Below, in pieces: positions 59,053-64,000 of a stretch of 64,000 bases of DNA; the stretch's first letter is position 1, and the number at the start of each line of letters is the position of its first letter. This stretch comes from a virus. The notes beneath the pieces were generated by a model that had not been told where the DNA came from, did no database searches, and saw only the letters and a list, made by a program, of their open reading frames with translations. The stretch spans positions 1 through 64,000 of the IMG/VR virus record IMGVR_UViG_3300019487_000004; one strand, written 5' to 3'. The position numbers and the translations under genes were made by a program.

Positions 59053-59855
59053 CAGAAGCCAACCTCGTCAGCAAGCGACGGCTGCGGCTGCGGCTGAGCG
59101 GGTGCGCCAACGAGCGTGCAACGCAATCGGCGCACTGCATCGGGCACCGTCAGCTTGTTCATCTCGTCGAGCCACACACGCAGCTCGGCAGGCTTCAGCG
59201 CGACCACTGCATCGCGAATGGTCTGTGCCTCCTCGGGCGTGAGCACGCTCTGAATCGCCATGAAGTGCATCATGTGCTGCGGATTGATGGGCGGTAGCTC
59301 AGCGACCGGCGCGACCGGCGCTGCGTGCTTCTGGATGACCTTGCAGCGCGTGAGCACCGTCTGCGAGACGCCACGGTAGGCCTCGTGCGTCTTCACCTTG
59401 CCCGTGATCGTGACGTGCTCACCGACCTCTAGGCGCTCGTTCGCGGCACGCCAGACGATCACGTGACCGTCCGCGTCGCGCATGATCGTGAGGCGCGTCG
59501 TGCCGTACTGGCCCTGCAGGTCGACGATCTTGCCGACACGCGCCATCACCGTGAGCGTTCCACCGACGACGCCGAGGTAGCCCGCATCGGGCGTCGGCGC
59601 GGCCGTGATCGGCGCCAGCGTCGCACCGTCGACGAAGAACACGTTGTCGTAATGGCGACGGCAGATCTGCTTGACGTGGTCGAGCGTGATGCCCGAGTGC
59701 GTGTCGAAGATCCAGACGCGCGTGGTGCGGTCCCACGTACCACCCGCGCTACGTGACTCCGCGACGAATCCGCCGCTGTAGTCAGAGCGCACGCTGATCC
59801 AGCGGTGCTGAGGGTCGATCGAGATACGACATTGCGGGTTCGCGGTCGTCGCCAT
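59052..59855 (-). CDS. OB-fold-containing protein (possible ssDNA/RNA binder)
   Basis: Start trimmed to the ATG after GAGGACACACCCC. The central GTLTVMARVGKIVDL..TRLTIMRDADGHVIVWRA..VTITGKVK looks like an OB barrel. Confidence 0.5.
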   Translation of the reverse strand: MATTANPQCRISIDPQHRWISVRSDYSGGFVAESRSAGGTWDRTTRVWIFDTHSGITLDHVKQICRRHYDNVFFVDGATLAPITAAPTPDAGYLGVVGGTLTVMARVGKIVDLQGQYGTTRLTIMRDADGHVIVWRAANERLEVGEHVTITGKVKTHEAYRGVSQTVLTRCKVIQKHAAPVAPVAELPPINPQHMMHFMAIQSVLTPEEAQTIRDAVVALKPAELRVWLDEMNKLTVPDAVRRLRCTLVGAPAQPQPQPSLADEVGF

Positions 59856-60117
59856 GGGGTGTGTCCTCGGTGAGTGGTGGGTGTCGTCGACTCCGTAGCT
59901 CGGGCACTCGACGTGTACATCGCCGAGTGAAACGCGCCGGCCCGGCCAGGGCACGTCGCGCACTTCCCGAGCTACGCAACCGACGACGTCATCGGTGCTT
60001 GCCGCCCCTTGCGGGCCGTACTGCGTCGGGGGCGGACCCTTCGCAGCTTCCCTCCGCTATCTCAATGCGGGCCTCTCGTCTCGCGCTGCCTGCGCGTGGT
60101 GAGCGGTTGCTATGGCA

Positions 60118-62106
60118 TCAGTCCAGCTCTAGGACCGAGCCGCTATCCTCGTCGGCGTAGGGCGACGCTGGCGCGGCGTTGTCGCCGTCGTCCTCGTTGT
60201 CGAGGTCCAGCTCCAGGTTCGCCGCTCGCAGCGACGTGTCGTCCATGCAGTCCTCGACGGCAGTGCGCAGCGTCCTGATCTGCGCGATGACCGTCTCGTA
60301 CTCGTCGCCGATAAGCGCCTTGTAGCCCTCGATCATCGTCGTGAGCTTCTGCAGCTCCTTGAGACGGCCGTGCGCTGCTTCGGGTGACGCCTTCGCGCGG
60401 CGCACCGCCAGCTCTTGGCCTGCCTCGTCGAGCTTTTCCTCGATGGCAGCTTCGCGAGCACGCTTCTGCGCCGCCGCGATGTTGCCGTCGAAGGCCTTGA
60501 CGATGCGGGCGAGGTCCGCGAGCAGCGTGCGTGCGATACCACGCGACCAGCGGCTGTTCGTCGTCGTCGAGCCAACACCAACGTCACGGCCGATTAGGCT
60601 CGTGCCGTCCGTACCTTCGACGAGCAGCGTGAGCAGCTCGGTGAGCGGCGCCGTGTGCTGCTCGTCGCCGGGGACGAACCAGAACCCGCCCCACTTGATC
60701 GCGTGGTACTCCTTGCGGAGCACGTTGTTCTTCAGCCACTGGCCGAGGTACGTCGTGGTCAGCAGCTCGCCCGTGGTACGGCGCTCGAACTCGGCCTTGA
60801 CGCGCTCGCGCACGTCCTCTTCGCCGCCGGTAAACCGGATCTCGTAGTACGGCTTGGGCAGCTTGTTGCCTGCCTCATCCGTCGAGACTTTGCAGAGGTC
60901 CGCCACGAGGACCTTGGGGCCCATCGTGTCGAGGTTCGTCGAGCCGTCGAGGCGCCCGACGCTGTAGCGCGTGACGACGTCAGCGGGCCAGTCCGTGTCG
61001 GTGTGGCTCTTGGTGATCGAGAATGTCACCAGCCCGTTGCCGCGCAGGCTGCGCATGACCTCACCGAACTGCGCCTTGTCCGTGCGGATGTTCGGCGCCA
61101 GGTGGCTGAACTTCTCACCGAGCGCAGCGCGGAACGCCGCCGCCGGGATCTTGAAGCCCTTCTGCGCCTCGCCGGGCGAGATGCAGAGGCCCTCACGCGT
61201 CGCCACGAGGCCCGCGATCAGCACGCGCTCTTTCTCGGCGTCCTGCTCGGCCTTTTCAGCGGCGGCCTTCGCCTCCGCGGCCTTCGCGCTGTCGGTCTTC
61301 TGCGCGTCGTTCCAGACCTTGCGGAGGGCGTCGCCACGCAGGTTCGTGGTGTCGATGGTCGGCGTGTGCACGATGCCCTTGCCCACCAGCCCGGTGTGCT
61401 CGGGAATGATCGTCACGGTCAGCGCCGCGATCTGCTCGGCGGTGTACTTGTACTGCGAGCGGAGCGTGTTCTTGTAGCTCTCAGCCGTCGCGGCCTTCAC
61501 GCCGTTCGCGAGCGCTTGCACGTAGCCTGCTGCCGTCGAGAAACCGACGTACCGCATCGAGCCCGCTGCGAGCGATCCGCTCGCCTGCGTTGCCGCGTTC
61601 GTCTGCGATTCGTGCGAGACGTTGCCGAGCGCTTCGACGAGGCTGCTCGCCTCGCTCGCCGGTTGCGGCGGCGCTACCGGCTCCGCGAGCACTGCGAGCA
61701 CCTCGGGCGCCTCGCTGTTGCCGCGCAGATTCGCAGTCGCGAAGAAGCCCCACAGCGTCGCCCACACGCGCCGCAGAACCGCAAGCAGGAACATGTGGCG
61801 ACGAGCGCGCCACGCGAGCCGGATCTGCTCCTTCGTCGCGTCGGGCAGCGACGCGAACCACTTGCCGTCGACGCTCTTGGCATCGTTGAAGCGGCCCGCG
61901 AGCTGCTGCAGCTCGGGGAACGTCACGCAGCCGTCGATCAGCGCCTGACCCGCCGCGAGCGGCGAGACGACGGGCGCCGGCTTGGTGATCGCAGGCGCCG
62001 CCTTCGGTGCCTGGTTCGTCGAGAGCTTGCTCGGTGCGGTGTCGAGGTCCAGTTCGAGCAGGTCCTCACGGTTTTCGCTGGTGTCTGGTCCGTGATGGTT
62101 GGCCAT
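60118..62106 (-). CDS. large hypothetical protein (662 aa)
   Basis: Start trimmed to the ATG after GGAAGGACACACCCCA. Acidic termini both carry an LELDLD motif. Confidence 0.55.
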   Translation of the reverse strand: MANHHGPDTSENREDLLELDLDTAPSKLSTNQAPKAAPAITKPAPVVSPLAAGQALIDGCVTFPELQQLAGRFNDAKSVDGKWFASLPDATKEQIRLAWRARRHMFLLAVLRRVWATLWGFFATANLRGNSEAPEVLAVLAEPVAPPQPASEASSLVEALGNVSHESQTNAATQASGSLAAGSMRYVGFSTAAGYVQALANGVKAATAESYKNTLRSQYKYTAEQIAALTVTIIPEHTGLVGKGIVHTPTIDTTNLRGDALRKVWNDAQKTDSAKAAEAKAAAEKAEQDAEKERVLIAGLVATREGLCISPGEAQKGFKIPAAAFRAALGEKFSHLAPNIRTDKAQFGEVMRSLRGNGLVTFSITKSHTDTDWPADVVTRYSVGRLDGSTNLDTMGPKVLVADLCKVSTDEAGNKLPKPYYEIRFTGGEEDVRERVKAEFERRTTGELLTTTYLGQWLKNNVLRKEYHAIKWGGFWFVPGDEQHTAPLTELLTLLVEGTDGTSLIGRDVGVGSTTTNSRWSRGIARTLLADLARIVKAFDGNIAAAQKRAREAAIEEKLDEAGQELAVRRAKASPEAAHGRLKELQKLTTMIEGYKALIGDEYETVIAQIRTLRTAVEDCMDDTSLRAANLELDLDNEDDGDNAAPASPYADEDSGSVLELD

Positions 62107-62134
62107 TGGGGTGTGTCCTTCCGTCGGTGAGTGG

Positions 62135-62332
62135 CTAGTGGTCGCCGCTCGCGGCGTTGTACGGGGTGAATGCGCGGCGATCGTTGCGCCACGCGTCGCG
62201 GATATCGTCGTCGGTCGGCGTGCCTGCCCACGTGCACGCGTACGAGCGGCCATTCGCCGTCGTGGCGATGACCGTCGTGTGCGTGTCGGGGTAGTCGCGG
62301 TGCGGACGAACGTCGAAGGTCGTCTTTGCCAT
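62135..62332 (-). CDS. hypothetical protein (65 aa)
   Basis: Track ORF; ATG after GAGGACGCACCCCG. Confidence 0.55.
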   Translation of the reverse strand: MAKTTFDVRPHRDYPDTHTTVIATTANGRSYACTWAGTPTDDDIRDAWRNDRRAFTPYNAASGDH

Positions 62333-62353
62333 CGGGGTGCGTCCTCGTCGGCG

Positions 62354-62461
62354 TTAGAGGCGGGCAATGCCGCCGAACATCACGACCGCGTCGATCCAGG
62401 TGCGGCCGTTTTTCGCTGCGTGGTTGCGCAGCACTTCGAACACGTAGCTGTCACGCTTCAT
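62354..62461 (-). CDS. possible 35-aa ORF (MKRDSYVFEVLRNHAAKNG...)
   Basis: ATG after GGAGGGCACTCACC; first gene of the minus block. Confidence 0.35.
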   Translation of the reverse strand: MKRDSYVFEVLRNHAAKNGRTWIDAVVMFGGIARL

Positions 62462-63119
62462 GGTGAGTGCCCTCCGAGGCACCTGCAGCGAGCAGGTACT
62501 TCGCAAGGCACACACGGCTGGCGCGTTACTGCGGGGACTCGTTGTCGTCGAGGGATGCACGTTGTCGCCGTTGGTCTGGGTCTGCCAGCGTCGGCGGCCG
62601 GTGCACTCTGCTCGTCGACAGCAAGGCGCATGTATCGCGTTGCTTGCTATCGCTTGCCGTTGTGTGCTTTCGGGTGTCCGGGCGGTCCTCACGACACACG
62701 CGCCCACGCCGTTGGTTTCTAGCAACGGTCGTGCTTATCCCCGCAGAGGCTGTTCCTCACCGTCCCAGGCGTACGCCAAGGGGTGGAGCTGTGCCGACGG
62801 GCAGAGGCAAAACACGCTGGCCGAGGTATAGGCCGCGCGTAGTGGGGCTCGTGTCGATCTTGTCGCTGACGTGGTTGCGCGTGCCCGTGTTCCCGAAGGC
62901 GGGGCGCGCATGCCGATCAGCGGCATCAGAGGCCGGACTATTCAGTTGTCAGAGCAGGGGCGCGGGGGTCGGTCACCTTGCCGCCCGCCGCCGCCCACCT
63001 TCCGCATCAGCTCTTATCCATGCCGCATGCCACTCTGGTGGCATCGAGAGGCATCCGGTGACTCCTAATGATTCCCAGGGGTTATACAGCAGGGTGCCGA
63101 TCCCTCCCCTGGTGGCATA

Positions 63120-63367
63120 CGGATCCACTGTTGCCACTCGGATACACCTGTTAGACGGATTGTGGTGTTCTTGCAACATATGCGTATACCGTTTTCGGAT
63201 CCCTGGCCGTAAGTATCCGATTTTATCGGATAATTCCGGACACTTTTCCCTTGAGGGGCTTTCCAAGTGCCCGTATAACAAGGCTCGGATCTGACTCGGA
63301 TCCTGCTCGGAAGCCTTCCGAATGCCCCGGAGTGCCCCATCCGAGCGCGATCCGAGTGCCATCCGAG
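63120..63367. promoter_or_regulatory. iteron/operator cluster: 9 full copies of TCGGAT/ATCCGA plus 2 CGGAT cores
   Basis: TCGGAT at 63138, 63195, 63226, 63285 and 63296 (CGGAT cores at 63120 and 63156). ATCCGA at 63215, 63339, 63350 and 63361. The last three, and the pair at 63285/63296, are spaced 11 nt apart. Confidence 0.6.
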
Positions 63368-63473
63368 TCAGCAAGCGCCCCGTCACGTACTCACGCCACA
63401 GCCCCAGCCTGGTACTCGGTACCAGGGGATCGCGCGGGCGCGCGGTTCCGATCAGCCTTCCGAGGTCCCCGCC

Positions 63474-63761
63474 ATGGTGAAACCGATCTGCATCCGACTA
63501 CCGCCCGAGATGGAGACGATCACGCGCGAGATCGTTGCGGCTCAAAGCATCACGCTCTCCGAATGGGTGCGCATGCTGATCTACAACGCGATCTACGGCA
63601 ACACGCCCGACGTCAACGAGGGCTATATGCAGGCGCGTACGCTCGCGCTCAAGCTCGCGACCGAGATGCTCCGTCGAGCCAACGAGATGCTGCCGCAGAA
63701 CTACGACGAGGCCGTGAGCTACTTCGGCCTCGCGGGTCCCGGCCGTCCGCCTGGCACGTAG
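63474..63761 (+). CDS. ribbon-helix-helix DNA-binding protein
   Basis: ICIRLPPEMETITREIVAAQSITLSEWVRMLI has a beta/helix/helix pattern. First plus-strand gene after the strand switch. Confidence 0.55.
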   Translation: MVKPICIRLPPEMETITREIVAAQSITLSEWVRMLIYNAIYGNTPDVNEGYMQARTLALKLATEMLRRANEMLPQNYDEAVSYFGLAGPGRPPGT

Positions 63762-63798
63762 TGCTTGCCTCTTCGTCGAGACGGCTTAGCTTGCCGAC

Positions 63799-64000
63799 GT
63801 GGCCACGAAGAAACGCAAGAAGCCGGACCGAACCCTCACGATCTCGATTCACGGCGAAGGCCTCGCGATAGACGCGAAGATCGCCCGCTCGCGCTTCAGT
63901 GAGGTGATCGCGACTCTCGCAGATCGTGTGAGCCAAGCATCCACGCCGCCGTCGGTACCAGGCTCCCCCGATCACGACTTCGACGTCGTGCGCCGGGTGA
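63799..64000 (+). CDS. hypothetical protein, 3' end outside window
   Basis: GTG 63799 opens a frame (VATKKRKKPDRTLTISIHGEGLAIDAK...) that stays open to the window edge. Confidence 0.35.
   Translation, partial: MATKKRKKPDRTLTISIHGEGLAIDAKIARSRFSEVIATLADRVSQASTPPSVPGSPDHDFDVVRRV

Noticed and set aside
62467-63294. 275-aa plus-strand ORF covering the strand-switch region.
   Set aside because: Arg/Ser/Pro-rich junk composition with no RBS. It runs through the AT-richer iteron cluster, so the region is treated as non-coding.

Overview
High-GC (~65%), gene-dense window that reads like the non-structural part of a large temperate phage or prophage-like element. No capsid, terminase, rRNA or CRISPR was recognised. 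The layout is a plus-strand block (1-12257), a ~50-kb co-directional minus-strand block (12254-62461) with pervasive ATGA/GTGA start-stop overlaps, and a ~1-kb non-coding strand-switch region (62462-63473). Recognisable genes are: Dam-class MTase, MazG-like, DUF1653-like, DUF4326-like, ParB-like nuclease domain, 2OG-Fe(II) oxygenase, ATP-grasp, CX5R phosphatase, two vWA proteins (one Ro60/TROVE-like), HAD phosphatase, ThiF/E1-like plus JAB plus a candidate ubiquitin-like protein, tyrosine integrase, SAM MTase, a PEP-utiliser swivel-domain protein, an HExxH protein, a DUF2786-like protein, and clear rIIA and rIIB homologs. The most unusual signal is an array of five tRNA-like genes (18444-19150, minus strand). 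All five carry the same covarying two-helix RNA module. In three it is a 51-61-nt hairpin between the anticodon stem and the T arm. In the other two it forms a leader/trailer stem, the acceptor stem is capped by a GCAA tetraloop and broken between positions 4 and 5, which looks like a circular permutation. Removing the module conceptually leaves a 72-73-nt tRNA body in every case. Other notable items: a run of small basic proteins with C-terminal L-x-G-x-R(4-6) tails whose codons double as the next gene's Shine-Dalgarno; three fibre-like paralogs sharing an N-domain; an intergenic repeat family (31.6-41.6 kb); TCGGAT iterons next to an RHH gene; and conserved leader and upstream motifs. Functional calls come from motifs read by eye and recalled family signatures. 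No database search was run.
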